Below, in pieces: positions 1 to 8,937 of a DNA stretch of 64,000 nt (positions within the stretch are counted from its first letter, which is position 1; each line of letters opens with the position of its first letter). The notes under the pieces were generated by a model. That model had not been told where the DNA came from. It worked only from the letters and a program-made list of their open reading frames with translations, and made no database searches. The stretch is from the IMG/VR virus record IMGVR_UViG_3300048927_000250, positions 151,419 to 215,418 of that record. One strand, given 5' to 3'. A program made the position numbers and the translations under genes.

Positions 1-441
1 GGGTACGCGTATTTTCAGAACCTGTCACCGGTGTTGAATTTGGCGGACAGTAACTACGAGTTGACAATAGAGTTAGCGTTGGTGGGTAGTGGATTCATGT
101 GCACGTTCGCTACGGGTGACTACCCGGCTGCCAACAACATCAAGAAAGGACTGGAGTTACTGCACAACCAACTCAGTCAGCCTATTCAGGTCTTCCAGAC
201 CACGGACGCGGGAGCGTTTCAACGCACTTACGGTTATGGTAGTGCCAATAACCAAATGTTGAAGCTCACGGTAAAAGAGGACAGTACGAACATTACCGTC
301 TCCAACAATCAAAACAGTAACCAGGCTGTTGCTGCCAGATTCCGGACTGGGGGTGATTCGTACCTGATGTTGGGGACGTCTCACGGACTGGCTAACCGTT
401 TCACGGGATACTTGAAGTCTCTACGGGTTGTCAAACTGTAA
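1..441 (+). CDS. C-terminal part of a beta-rich protein, possibly virion or tail-fibre associated; 5' end lies outside the window
   Basis: Frame is open from base 1 (GYAYFQNLSPVLNL...) to TAA at 439-441; strand-rich N/S/T/G composition; followed by a terminator. Product class is a guess. Confidence 0.45.
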   Translation, partial: GYAYFQNLSPVLNLADSNYELTIELALVGSGFMCTFATGDYPAANNIKKGLELLHNQLSQPIQVFQTTDAGAFQRTYGYGSANNQMLKLTVKEDSTNITVSNNQNSNQAVAARFRTGGDSYLMLGTSHGLANRFTGYLKSLRVVKL

Positions 442-444
442 CGA

Positions 445-486
445 AACAAAAAAAAAGAAAGAGGGGCGAAAGCCCCTCTTTTATTC
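445..486. terminator. Bidirectional intrinsic terminator
   Basis: GAGGGGC-GAAA-GCCCCTC hairpin (461-478) with an A-tract upstream and a T-tract downstream, between convergent genes. Confidence 0.85.
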
Positions 487-945
487 TCCATCCACCTCGT
501 AAGGGTGGTGGACATCAATCTCTAAGTCAGTGGGGCCTAGAATGCGCTGTATCATCGGATAAACCTCCCAATGTTTCAGCCACCCATTTCCACACCCGGG
601 CATCGTCATCGCGATATCGAAGAGCCCACGCTGGTCATACGTGTCTCTGAGCTTAATCAGTCCCTGTTCAACCCACTCCATCTTAGACGGGGCTTTCCAG
701 TCTACTTTAGTGGGGAACAACAGGATGATTTTTCCGTCGGGCATCCGCTCGCTGTACAACATGCCAATCTTGAACATCCCGGCGCGGCACCACTTACGGT
801 ACTTTTCGTAGAGGGCAGGATAGTTATCACGGCAATCCTTCGCAATCCCCGCACCCATCGCCCCAACGCAGTTCACCGTTATCATGATGCACTCTTTATC
901 AGTGTCCCAGATGTTCTGGTTCTTGAGCTTCCTGATGATTGCCAC
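481..945 (-). CDS. Macrodomain protein (DarG/Appr-1-p-like ADP-ribosylhydrolase)
   Basis: Motifs TVNCVGAMGAGIAK, LFPTK..W and IAMTMPGCGNG match the DarG-type macrodomain. Confidence 0.85.
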   Translation of the reverse strand: MAIIRKLKNQNIWDTDKECIMITVNCVGAMGAGIAKDCRDNYPALYEKYRKWCRAGMFKIGMLYSERMPDGKIILLFPTKVDWKAPSKMEWVEQGLIKLRDTYDQRGLFDIAMTMPGCGNGWLKHWEVYPMIQRILGPTDLEIDVHHPYEVDGE

Positions 946-1270
946 TTTCTGATTTCTCCTTTATTTTTTCTACTAATCGCGTAATGGCATCGCCGCATTG
1001 GAAGATGACGTTGGTAAGATGACTGTGGTGCCCCAGTTTGTGGTGAATGGCTGTAACAAAATAGGGAAATTGTTCTTCGGTCGGGAACCAGCCGACGAAC
1101 TGGTTCCACCCGATTCGAGCGACGTTGTCCTGGAGTAAATGTACTGCCACCATTGACTCAACGAGGTACCCCACTGTAATGAAATTGGAACCGGGTGAGA
1201 CCTCATTCACTGAGACGAGATGTAACCCTTTCTCCTGACATTGGTAGTTATCAAAAACTTTAGGTTCCAT
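899..1270 (-). CDS. Hypothetical protein
   Basis: 123 aa ORF with GGAG SD upstream, co-oriented with neighbours. Confidence 0.65.
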   Translation of the reverse strand: MEPKVFDNYQCQEKGLHLVSVNEVSPGSNFITVGYLVESMVAVHLLQDNVARIGWNQFVGWFPTEEQFPYFVTAIHHKLGHHSHLTNVIFQCGDAITRLVEKIKEKSESGNHQEAQEPEHLGH

Positions 1271-1290
1271 GAGCTGTCTCCTACGAAAGA

Positions 1291-1322
1291 AAAAATAAGT
1301 AGGGGCAAAACGCCCCTACTTT
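1291..1322 (-). terminator. Intrinsic terminator
   Basis: AGTAGGGGC...GCCCCTACT hairpin with an A-tract on its left (U-tract on the minus strand). Confidence 0.75.
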
Positions 1323-1431
1323 CGGTTAAATTTCCCACCACGTATCGTTGGCTTTCGTGATGGTATCGGACCCCGACAAATGTGCTTTGTAATCTCTACG
1401 CATACAGAGTGGAGTCCAAGTAAAAAATAAC

Positions 1432-1950
1432 TCAAGGGCGGCGGGTGATGTTGAGCATGATGAAATAAATCAGGAGTGCCATGATTTTACGGTTCACCTC
1501 AGCAGCCACACGCAGCTCTTTGTTCGCCTCCCGAATCCGGTCGTTGACATCTTTAAAGCATTTGTCGACGTAGAAGAAATCGGGCTGGTAGAGATACTGG
1601 AACTTCTCACACAGGACCAGGTCACCTTGGCGGGTTGCCAACACGACTTTGCGTTCTTCCAGGTTACAGCGGATAGCGAGCCAGGGGGCGTGGGTAGTCA
1701 GGTAACTGACCGCTGCAAAATCAAAGGTGCAACGTGTATCCGTATCCCCGGTATCGCGATAGACCAGTTTCAGTATCTGGTGAGCAATCTGACCACGACG
1801 GTTGGTGTCGTAAGTGTTAGCCAGGTCGTTCACCAGACAAGTTAATTGATAGCCCCGCTTACGGAAACGGAGATGACAGAACAGTGCGTACAGTGGGTAG
1901 AGCAGAATCCCAAAGAACCGCCAGATGAAGTAGTTAGTGTTCGCAGACAA
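1432..1950 (-). CDS. Hypothetical protein with possible N-terminal membrane anchor
   Basis: 172 aa; hydrophobic YFIWRFFGILLYPLYALF followed by basic RFRKRG. Confidence 0.65.
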   Translation of the reverse strand: MSANTNYFIWRFFGILLYPLYALFCHLRFRKRGYQLTCLVNDLANTYDTNRRGQIAHQILKLVYRDTGDTDTRCTFDFAAVSYLTTHAPWLAIRCNLEERKVVLATRQGDLVLCEKFQYLYQPDFFYVDKCFKDVNDRIREANKELRVAAEVNRKIMALLIYFIMLNITRRP

Positions 1951-2014
1951 AAGAAAAACTCCTTATCCCGTGGAGGGAATAGAAGCCACCAGAGGTTTCC
2001 CCCTGGTGGCCACG

Positions 2015-3535
2015 CTAGATTAAACGTCCCAGCCGCGCCTGACGCGTTCGCTTGATGCGACTTTTAAACAACGTCTGCCGTCGTTTACCGTACGTGACCT
2101 GTTTGGGAATATCCTCACAGATGTACGCATGGTACTCGACTTGAACGTTGGGTCGCTTCGGCAGCTCACGTAGACGACCGAGGCACTGTACGTTTTGGTT
2201 CGGGGAGTCTGACGACACGGTGTTGTGCACCTGCGTCAGGTCTGGGATATCAACCGCTGTACCGGCCTTGATGACCGTTGAGAAGATGATGTCCGATTCT
2301 TCCAGGACCGTATAGTCGTCACCGGCATTAAACGAGTTAATGATTAAGTCCGGTAGCTTTCTACGGAAGTACTCCAGAAGGTGTTGGCCCATTTCGACCA
2401 GCCCGGTGAAGATAAGCAACTTGGTCCCTTCTTCCTTCTCCAGTACCCACTTGTCCAGTGCGTAGTTGTAGACGGCGTCCAGATACCGTTGCATCATCTC
2501 CGGGTGACGCATGATAACCTTCTCGTACTCGTTGTGCGAGTACACCGACTGTTTGTTGAAGTTCTCAAACAGTCGAGGGTCTTTCACGTTGTAGAACACT
2601 TCCACCATGTCTGCGTAAACGCGCAGTTCCGCGGCTTCCTTACGGATGCGGTGCGGGAGCATGGTTTCGTACACGCGCTTGATGAACTCGTCACGTGGGA
2701 ACAATGTACCAGTCAGGTACACGGTCATTGGCATGTGAGTGTACAAGTCAGCGATGTAGTTCGCGTGATACTCCTGGTGGGTTTCATCGGTACCGCGTAA
2801 CCCAATCCCCAGAAACTCGTAGAGCTCCCAAGGTGGGACATCTTCCGCTCCGGTTCCGGCATCTGCGCCAGACTCGTAGTTGTTGATGTAGGTACGAATC
2901 GCCCCGTTAGAGATAAAGATGGCTTTGACGCCGTCTAACCCCTTCTTCTTTTTCTCCCGAATCAATTGGTACAACCGTGCCGCACCACAGCAGCTGCGAA
3001 TCTCGTCGGGCGTAAGTGAGAGGTGTTTATGAAACGCCTCCAACCATCGCCCTTCGTAACCGCCTTTGGTCTGCACGGCAAAGCGCTGACCGAAACGAGC
3101 GGCGATAAAGAGAAACATCAGTGTCTTACCGCCGCCTGGCTGAGTGGTGATACAGGTTTGTCGGTCCCCACGAAACGCGAAGTCAATAACGGGCACCTGG
3201 TTATCCCAGGGCACCCATTCCCCCATGTCCAGTTCCACGCGGGCTCCGGCTACCGGTTCATGGTAGCGAAAGTCCAACGAGGTGTCCTGAATCCCGTGCT
3301 TCTTGAGATGGTCGTGAAACAACTCCCATTCGTTACGGTGGAGGTGGTACCGCCCGTGCTTTGGCGACTTAGCCGCGTACACACAGTGCGGTTCCATGTA
3401 GAACTTACCGCGTTTCTTCGTCAGCTTCTTTTCAATCAACCCCGTGAGCCATTCGCGCAATGCCACACGCATCCTGGGACCCACGGGATTAACCGTATAG
3501 AAGTGGCTGTAGAACTCCAGTACGCCCTCAACCAT
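2015..3535 (-). CDS. Superfamily 2 helicase (UvsW-like, phiKZ gp75 position)
   Basis: Walker A QPGGGKT, Walker B DETH, motif VI QCLGRLR; directly downstream of the nvRNAP subunits. Confidence 0.9.
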   Translation of the reverse strand: MVEGVLEFYSHFYTVNPVGPRMRVALREWLTGLIEKKLTKKRGKFYMEPHCVYAAKSPKHGRYHLHRNEWELFHDHLKKHGIQDTSLDFRYHEPVAGARVELDMGEWVPWDNQVPVIDFAFRGDRQTCITTQPGGGKTLMFLFIAARFGQRFAVQTKGGYEGRWLEAFHKHLSLTPDEIRSCCGAARLYQLIREKKKKGLDGVKAIFISNGAIRTYINNYESGADAGTGAEDVPPWELYEFLGIGLRGTDETHQEYHANYIADLYTHMPMTVYLTGTLFPRDEFIKRVYETMLPHRIRKEAAELRVYADMVEVFYNVKDPRLFENFNKQSVYSHNEYEKVIMRHPEMMQRYLDAVYNYALDKWVLEKEEGTKLLIFTGLVEMGQHLLEYFRRKLPDLIINSFNAGDDYTVLEESDIIFSTVIKAGTAVDIPDLTQVHNTVSSDSPNQNVQCLGRLRELPKRPNVQVEYHAYICEDIPKQVTYGKRRQTLFKSRIKRTRQARLGRLI

Positions 3536-3544
3536 TTAGTCTCC

Positions 3545-5533
3545 CTAGACCACTTTCACCCCTTTCGTCTGCCAGTACTGATTCCACTTCTTGATGTTCA
3601 AGAACAGTGGGTCAAATGAATGGTTAGGACGAATGCGGTGAATGTAAGATTTCGGGTCAGCTATCATCTCGAACTGTCGTTCGTACGCCGCTTTCGCAGA
3701 CAAACTACGACCGCTCATGATGCGGGTTTGTGGTGCAAAGTGAATCCCGGTCCCGAGCTTCGGCAGACGGAAGTCGCCGTTTTTCGGGTCACGACCCATC
3801 ATGCAGTACAACACCAGTTCCACAATACCCAAGTTGACCGAGAACTTACGGTTGGTCATGTCACACACCAGTCGAATTGCACCGGCCAAGTTCACGGGGT
3901 CGGTCAGGTCACGGCGGAGTAACTCTTTACCGATGTCCGACGACATGAAGATGACCGATTTCAACTCTTCCATTTGCTCCAGGGTTGAACCACGGCGTTC
4001 CGGGAAGCGCAGGATGATTTCTGCGTTGTCCCAGTTCATCAGGTCAACCTCAATATATTTGCCGACGGTTTGGAAACCAAAGTCGCGCATATATTGGAGG
4101 AACTCTTTGGTCAGGAATGGGCGGTAGGAGCCACGGCTGACAGGGACGATGTCCATTTTCTGGTTCTTATCCCCGTTATCAATAACGAGAACAATTTCCT
4201 TAATCGTGGAGATACGGGACAAGTCACCGTCTTTCAGTTCGTTAAAGATGGAGATATCTGCCAGACGGAAGATGTCACTCACATCGAAACGGACTTTAAC
4301 GTGCTTGCCCCAAAGGTCCCTGGAAAGCGTTATCTCCTTATCGTCACCGAGGTTGGAGATGTACTTCAGTTCGTGGTCATGAATCACGTACGATTCTGAC
4401 TCCGCAGAGACCAGGTGGTGTTTGGTGGAAATAACGTCCTGTGATACGGCTTCGTTCTGGGTAACCGTCAGGGCGAAACCAGGGTTGGTGTCGTCCTGTA
4501 CCCGCGACGCATTCTCACAAAGACAATACTTACACACCACACCGTCTTCTGGATGCTGGCACTTCGACGGTGTACGCATTCGAATCACGGTACCCACTAA
4601 GTGGTTATCGTAACCTTTCCCGCGCACCATCTTCAAATCGCCATCCCGGTCAAAGTAATACTTGCCCGGTAAGACGTGTTCCAGGTCATCCTTCGTGACT
4701 TTCCACGGGATGGTTTCTTTCGACCCACAGTCTTGCTGGTCAACGCCGTGTACGACGTAGGTTATCAGCTGAAGTTCGCGGTTATAGTACTCAGTACGTT
4801 TAACCGGTTCACTCGTGGCTAACTGGGCTTGTGCAGCAGAGCAACGGTCCATTGCGGAGAAGGACAGTCGTTTCAGGTGTTCCGAGAACCCAACCGGAAT
4901 CGGGTTAACGAAGATACGCTGGTTAATCTCGCTACGGAAGCCCACCTTGTCGACCACCTGTAACAGCTGACCGGTTTTGGTCATCGAGTTACGGTGTGGA
5001 ATGGCCAGGTTATTGTGGTTCAGGCTCGGGTCATGGGAGAGGATATACACGAACTCTTTATAGCCGTTCGAGATATCGCGTTTCCCGGTTATCGGCCGTT
5101 CACGAATCTCCTTCAATTGTGGATGGCGGTGAATCTCCAGGAAGTCGAGGGCGTCGAGTGTGGTTTGGAACTCTTCGCCATCGGTTGCAATCGCATTGTG
5201 CAGCGCTTGCGTTATCCCGGCGTTGATTTTGTAAACGTTCTGGCGGTCTTCCAGCGGATACTCCGCATAGACCTGTTCAGCAGCACGTTGGTGCAGCTTG
5301 TTCTCCAGACCTTTACTCAACGGTTCACCGTAGACGTGGTTCTTAATGCAGAGCGGTATCGACGGGTACTGACGATGATACTCCCAGAAATACCAACTGA
5401 TTAAGGTTTGTGGGAAGTCAGCAATGATTTCCCCGTCGGCAAAGATTAGGGCGATAGGCTCGAGGTCATCGAGCCGTGCCCATATTTGTCGCTCACTCCA
5501 ATGCAGAATATCATCGGCGTAGAAAGTGCGCAT
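3545..5533 (-). CDS. nvRNAP beta' C-terminal subunit (phiKZ gp74-like)
   Basis: beta' Zn-site pattern CGS...RTPSKC...VCKYC, Q..ISTKH trigger-loop-like motif, synteny. Confidence 0.9.
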   Translation of the reverse strand: MRTFYADDILHWSERQIWARLDDLEPIALIFADGEIIADFPQTLISWYFWEYHRQYPSIPLCIKNHVYGEPLSKGLENKLHQRAAEQVYAEYPLEDRQNVYKINAGITQALHNAIATDGEEFQTTLDALDFLEIHRHPQLKEIRERPITGKRDISNGYKEFVYILSHDPSLNHNNLAIPHRNSMTKTGQLLQVVDKVGFRSEINQRIFVNPIPVGFSEHLKRLSFSAMDRCSAAQAQLATSEPVKRTEYYNRELQLITYVVHGVDQQDCGSKETIPWKVTKDDLEHVLPGKYYFDRDGDLKMVRGKGYDNHLVGTVIRMRTPSKCQHPEDGVVCKYCLCENASRVQDDTNPGFALTVTQNEAVSQDVISTKHHLVSAESESYVIHDHELKYISNLGDDKEITLSRDLWGKHVKVRFDVSDIFRLADISIFNELKDGDLSRISTIKEIVLVIDNGDKNQKMDIVPVSRGSYRPFLTKEFLQYMRDFGFQTVGKYIEVDLMNWDNAEIILRFPERRGSTLEQMEELKSVIFMSSDIGKELLRRDLTDPVNLAGAIRLVCDMTNRKFSVNLGIVELVLYCMMGRDPKNGDFRLPKLGTGIHFAPQTRIMSGRSLSAKAAYERQFEMIADPKSYIHRIRPNHSFDPLFLNIKKWNQYWQTKGVKVV

Positions 5534-5535
5534 TC

Positions 5536-7074
5536 TTACTCCTCTTCATCGGAATAGTCGTCGTCGCTGTCGTCTTCGGAGTCGTCGTCTTCACTGGACT
5601 CTTCTTCCGTTTCAACCACGCTATCCTCAGGAACGATGTCGTCTTCTTCCTCTTCAGCTTCTTCTTCCGGGTCAATGGGTACTGCCACCGGTTGAGCCAC
5701 ATCAGGCGGAATCCCTAAACGGTCCACGTCGAAGTACGCAAACTGAGCGCCTGCGCAATACATCGTGTTGTTCAGGTAACTCAATGCCAGGGAATTCCCG
5801 ACCGGAATCTCTTCACGGTCCACAACACGCTCAATGTCAGTTGGGCGGTCTGTGTTCATGATGTTACTGAAGATTTGATACAAGGCTTTCGGGTTGTTCG
5901 GACGGTCTACCTGGTCGGCCATATACTCGCCACCCAGAATACCTGCCTGGTTACGTACCTCGGCCTCACCCATCAGACGGATTGCCTGATAACGCCACGG
6001 GAGTGCATGGCGGTCTTTCTGCGACATCTTCGCCGGAACCCCATGAACCTGGCGACGCGGTGCATCGACGGCGGACCAGTCGTGACCCGTTTTCTCCAGG
6101 ACAATCATGTAGTTAGCACCGATACGAATCTTGCTGCGTGTACGACGGAGGTCACCCTTCTCGTTGTAGAACGTTACCGGACCGTAATCTGACGGGAACC
6201 GGTCTTCGATGTCACCTACGCCTTCCACCCCGATGTTCTGAGTGTGGGACGGTAAGTAAATGTACATCATGTCTTCAACGACCGAGTTCACATGACGCTT
6301 CACGCGGCGAATGTCGTTACCCATCCCGTTGAACTCAATCAACTTATCGTAGAACGGTTTGGACAACACTTCGTAGAACGACATCAGCAGTTTGTACGCT
6401 TCCCGATAGCCATCGTCAGAACTGTCACGTTTAATCATTTCACGGACGCGTTCTTCCATGCGCATACACTGGAAGTTGTAATACTGCTCGAACACTTTCG
6501 GCGGGTTCATACGGTTGATGGAGACAACTGGAGCAGACAACACTTCAGCTACCACGCCGTATTGGTCCATCGGCATTTGTTCGCGCTTCAGCACTTTACA
6601 AATAACCCCTTTGTCACCCCAGCACCCGGTTGCTTTGAACCCGATGGTTGGTACGACGTCGTAGGTGTATTTGATGACGATACGGCAGGTGTTCAGCTGC
6701 TGGCCGTTGTAGTTAGGGACCAGCTTCAGGCGACCCAGTCCTGGCATCTCACTGGTGGCACCCGCAGAGTCACGAATCAGACGCGAGAACTTCTTAGAGA
6801 ACTTCGGCGTCTTGTTGACCTTACGGTTGTCACGGATGATTTTATCGTAGGCGTCCAGGATACGCTTGTGATACTGACGACGGGCGTTATCGAAACGCGT
6901 TACGTCATCGGTTGGCGTCATCCCTTGTTCTTCCGGCGTCGGCTGCTGTTCCAGCGGGTCGTTTTCCGGTTTCCAGACTTCCACGTCAATCACACGAGCA
7001 TTGCGGGTGTGCGCCTCAATGTAGACGAATTCATCGAAGAAGTAATCGAGTTGCATAATATATTTAGGTGACAA
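5536..7074 (-). CDS. nvRNAP beta subunit (phiKZ gp71-73-like), portion downstream of the in-frame TAG
   Basis: GFKATGCWGDKGVICKV, YMIVLEK and RLMGEAEVR match RpoB conserved regions; begins TTG directly after TAG in the same frame as 7075-7833; very acidic C-tail. Confidence 0.85.
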   Translation of the reverse strand: MSPKYIMQLDYFFDEFVYIEAHTRNARVIDVEVWKPENDPLEQQPTPEEQGMTPTDDVTRFDNARRQYHKRILDAYDKIIRDNRKVNKTPKFSKKFSRLIRDSAGATSEMPGLGRLKLVPNYNGQQLNTCRIVIKYTYDVVPTIGFKATGCWGDKGVICKVLKREQMPMDQYGVVAEVLSAPVVSINRMNPPKVFEQYYNFQCMRMEERVREMIKRDSSDDGYREAYKLLMSFYEVLSKPFYDKLIEFNGMGNDIRRVKRHVNSVVEDMMYIYLPSHTQNIGVEGVGDIEDRFPSDYGPVTFYNEKGDLRRTRSKIRIGANYMIVLEKTGHDWSAVDAPRRQVHGVPAKMSQKDRHALPWRYQAIRLMGEAEVRNQAGILGGEYMADQVDRPNNPKALYQIFSNIMNTDRPTDIERVVDREEIPVGNSLALSYLNNTMYCAGAQFAYFDVDRLGIPPDVAQPVAVPIDPEEEAEEEEDDIVPEDSVVETEEESSEDDDSEDDSDDDYSDEEE

Positions 7075-7833
7075 CTACAACCCACCCAGGATATCGTCGT
7101 GCTTACGCATTGCCAACAACAAACCGTCTTGTCGAATCCTGTCACCCGGTTCCGGGATAAGTTTCTGACGGTCTATCGTACCGTTCACGTTCAACAGGTA
7201 GTGGTCTTTCGGTACGTTAATTGCCACGGTACCAAAGCCACGAGATTTTGCTCGTTCGCACCATTCGTCCATGACCACAAATCCGTCTTCAGTAGTATAC
7301 GGATGGGACATGGTGGCAGTTGTCGTCAGGAGACCTGGACGCCAGATGCCGTATTCATCAATTGACGGAGATTGCGCCAGCGTTGCCCCTGCCTGGAATG
7401 CGCCACCACGGTGGGCTTGTTCCAATGCTTTGAGGTTCAGCTTCTGCTCATATCCGAAATTGTTATGATGCGAGACGTATTTGTCCACGTGCACGATATC
7501 GTATTCTTCTTTCTTACGGTTAAACACGACGTACGTGGTGCGTGGGTTTGTTGTGAAAGCGCCAAGACCTTGCCCAACATTGAACTTTTCGATTTTTTCA
7601 ATGATGTCCATTGGGTCTTTGATTTTGGTCTTCCAGGTATACTTACCATACTCGCGGCCAACTCCGGTATAAAACCGGTCGCGGGTACAGCCTTCAATCA
7701 CCAACGCTTGGGGTAACTGACTACCCCACATTATCAAACGCGAGGCTGACACACCGCCCATCCATGGCAGCAAGTTACACGCCAGTCCCGTTAGTTCGGT
7801 ATAGAGTTGATTCTCATTGGCTAGAGTACTCAT
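7075..7833 (-). CDS. nvRNAP beta subunit, portion upstream of the in-frame TAG
   Basis: SASRLIMWGSQLPQA, TTEDGFVV and IPEPGDRIRQDGLL match RpoB-like motifs; ends ...HDDILGGL-TAG. Confidence 0.85.
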   Translation of the reverse strand: MSTLANENQLYTELTGLACNLLPWMGGVSASRLIMWGSQLPQALVIEGCTRDRFYTGVGREYGKYTWKTKIKDPMDIIEKIEKFNVGQGLGAFTTNPRTTYVVFNRKKEEYDIVHVDKYVSHHNNFGYEQKLNLKALEQAHRGGAFQAGATLAQSPSIDEYGIWRPGLLTTTATMSHPYTTEDGFVVMDEWCERAKSRGFGTVAINVPKDHYLLNVNGTIDRQKLIPEPGDRIRQDGLLLAMRKHDDILGGL

Positions 7834-7868
7834 TGATAATTCCTTAGTATTGGAACACTGTCACTACG

Positions 7869-7876
7869 GTAATATA
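7869..7876 (-). promoter_or_regulatory. Early-type promoter motif TATATTAC upstream of the nvRNAP beta operon
   Basis: Exact match to the phiKZ early consensus, intergenic, about 36 nt upstream of the ATG. Confidence 0.7.
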
Positions 7877-7924
7877 TACTTTAATTCCCGTATGGTTAAA
7901 CACATCCGTTGAACAGGTGGCGTT

Positions 7925-8272
7925 ATGTCCGAAGTTAACACCCTCATGGTAAACCCGGGCTCAGCCTGGTATTACCGCCCATCATGGTACGCGACCATTG
8001 AAGACCACATGTACCTGTTTCGCGATACCACCAACTCCGAATTAGTAACGGTAGCGGATATTGACCGCCATCGTTACGAAGCTGATTTCTACGGTTATCT
8101 GCGAGACGTACACGAAATCAAACAACCGCAATACTGGTACGTGATTCTGCGAACCAATCACATGACCTCACCGCAAGAATTTGGGGCGGATAACCAGGCA
8201 ATCTACTTACCGAAAACGGCAGTGGTTGACCGGGTTATGGAGCTGTTCAAAACCGCAAAAGGAATTGGGTGA
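7925..8272 (+). CDS. Small conserved protein, possible LysM-like/T4 gp53-like baseplate wedge fold
   Basis: Y.ADFYGYL...YWYVILRTNHMTSPQEF resembles the gp53-type W.IL..N....P motif; lone plus-strand gene with its own terminator. Confidence 0.5.
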   Translation: MSEVNTLMVNPGSAWYYRPSWYATIEDHMYLFRDTTNSELVTVADIDRHRYEADFYGYLRDVHEIKQPQYWYVILRTNHMTSPQEFGADNQAIYLPKTAVVDRVMELFKTAKGIG

Positions 8273-8297
8273 ATACTACATCCCATGTGGTCTCGGC

Positions 8298-8329
8298 GTA
8301 AAAAAGGAAGGGCGCAAGCCCTTCTTTTA
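8298..8329. terminator. Bidirectional intrinsic terminator
   Basis: GAAGGGC-GCAA-GCCCTTC flanked by A- and T-tracts between convergent genes. Confidence 0.8.
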
Positions 8330-8659
8330 TTCTGCATTTCGGAGTGCGGTGTCGTAAAGTTGGTCCAGTCGTTTCTGACTGAAATGGTAACCCATCTTCT
8401 TAACCCGACAGTAAACCAGTTCCCGTAATTGACGGTCACGTTCTTCCGGCACCAGTGACTTCAACAATGCACCAAAATCATCCCCTTTCTTGGGGGACGT
8501 TGAACTCAAACGGAAATCAACAAATACCTCTTTCGAGAGTATCTGGGGAATGAGGGAGGGAACAACTTCCAGCTGACGACCAATTTCCTTGTCCGTCATC
8601 CCTTTTGCTTTTAGAGCCATCACTTCCTTGCGTGTCAAATATAGCTCGATGGTAATCAC
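8327..8659 (-). CDS. Small helix-turn-helix protein
   Basis: LKAKGMTDKEIGRQLEVVPSLIPQIL fits an HTH pattern. Confidence 0.6.
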   Translation of the reverse strand: MITIELYLTRKEVMALKAKGMTDKEIGRQLEVVPSLIPQILSKEVFVDFRLSSTSPKKGDDFGALLKSLVPEERDRQLRELVYCRVKKMGYHFSQKRLDQLYDTALRNAE

Positions 8660-8662
8660 GGG

Positions 8663-8881
8663 TTATTCCTCTAATTGACCGTGTTGTTCAAAGTGCTGAA
8701 TCTCTTCAACAGAAAGATTGAATACCGCAGAGAGGCTGTCTATGGGAACGCCATTCTCCAACCCATTACGCAAGTGCGTTTCCATGCGCAACCGGTGCAT
8801 TTCTTTGGCGTCAATTTCCGCCTGCTTAATCAGGTCGTCGAGAGATTTCCTTAGCGGGCTAGGTTTGGGTGTTTTTGCCAT
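8663..8881 (-). CDS. Small HTH-like protein
   Basis: GLENGVPIDSLSAVFNLSVEEIQHF resembles a terminal HTH; 72 aa. Confidence 0.55.
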   Translation of the reverse strand: MAKTPKPSPLRKSLDDLIKQAEIDAKEMHRLRMETHLRNGLENGVPIDSLSAVFNLSVEEIQHFEQHGQLEE

Positions 8882-8897
8882 CTTTTGGGTCCTCTAA

Positions 8898-8936
8898 GAA
8901 AGAAAAAAGAAAGAGGGGCCGAAGCCCCTCTTTTCT
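8898..8936 (-). terminator. Intrinsic terminator with C(UUCG)G loop
   Basis: Minus strand AAGAGGGGC-TTCG-GCCCCTCTT followed by a U-tract. Confidence 0.85.
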
Positions 8937-8937
8937 G

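Noticed and set aside
7060-7095. Group I intron or intein at the beta split
   Set aside because: No intervening sequence: the two halves abut in frame with only the TAG between them.
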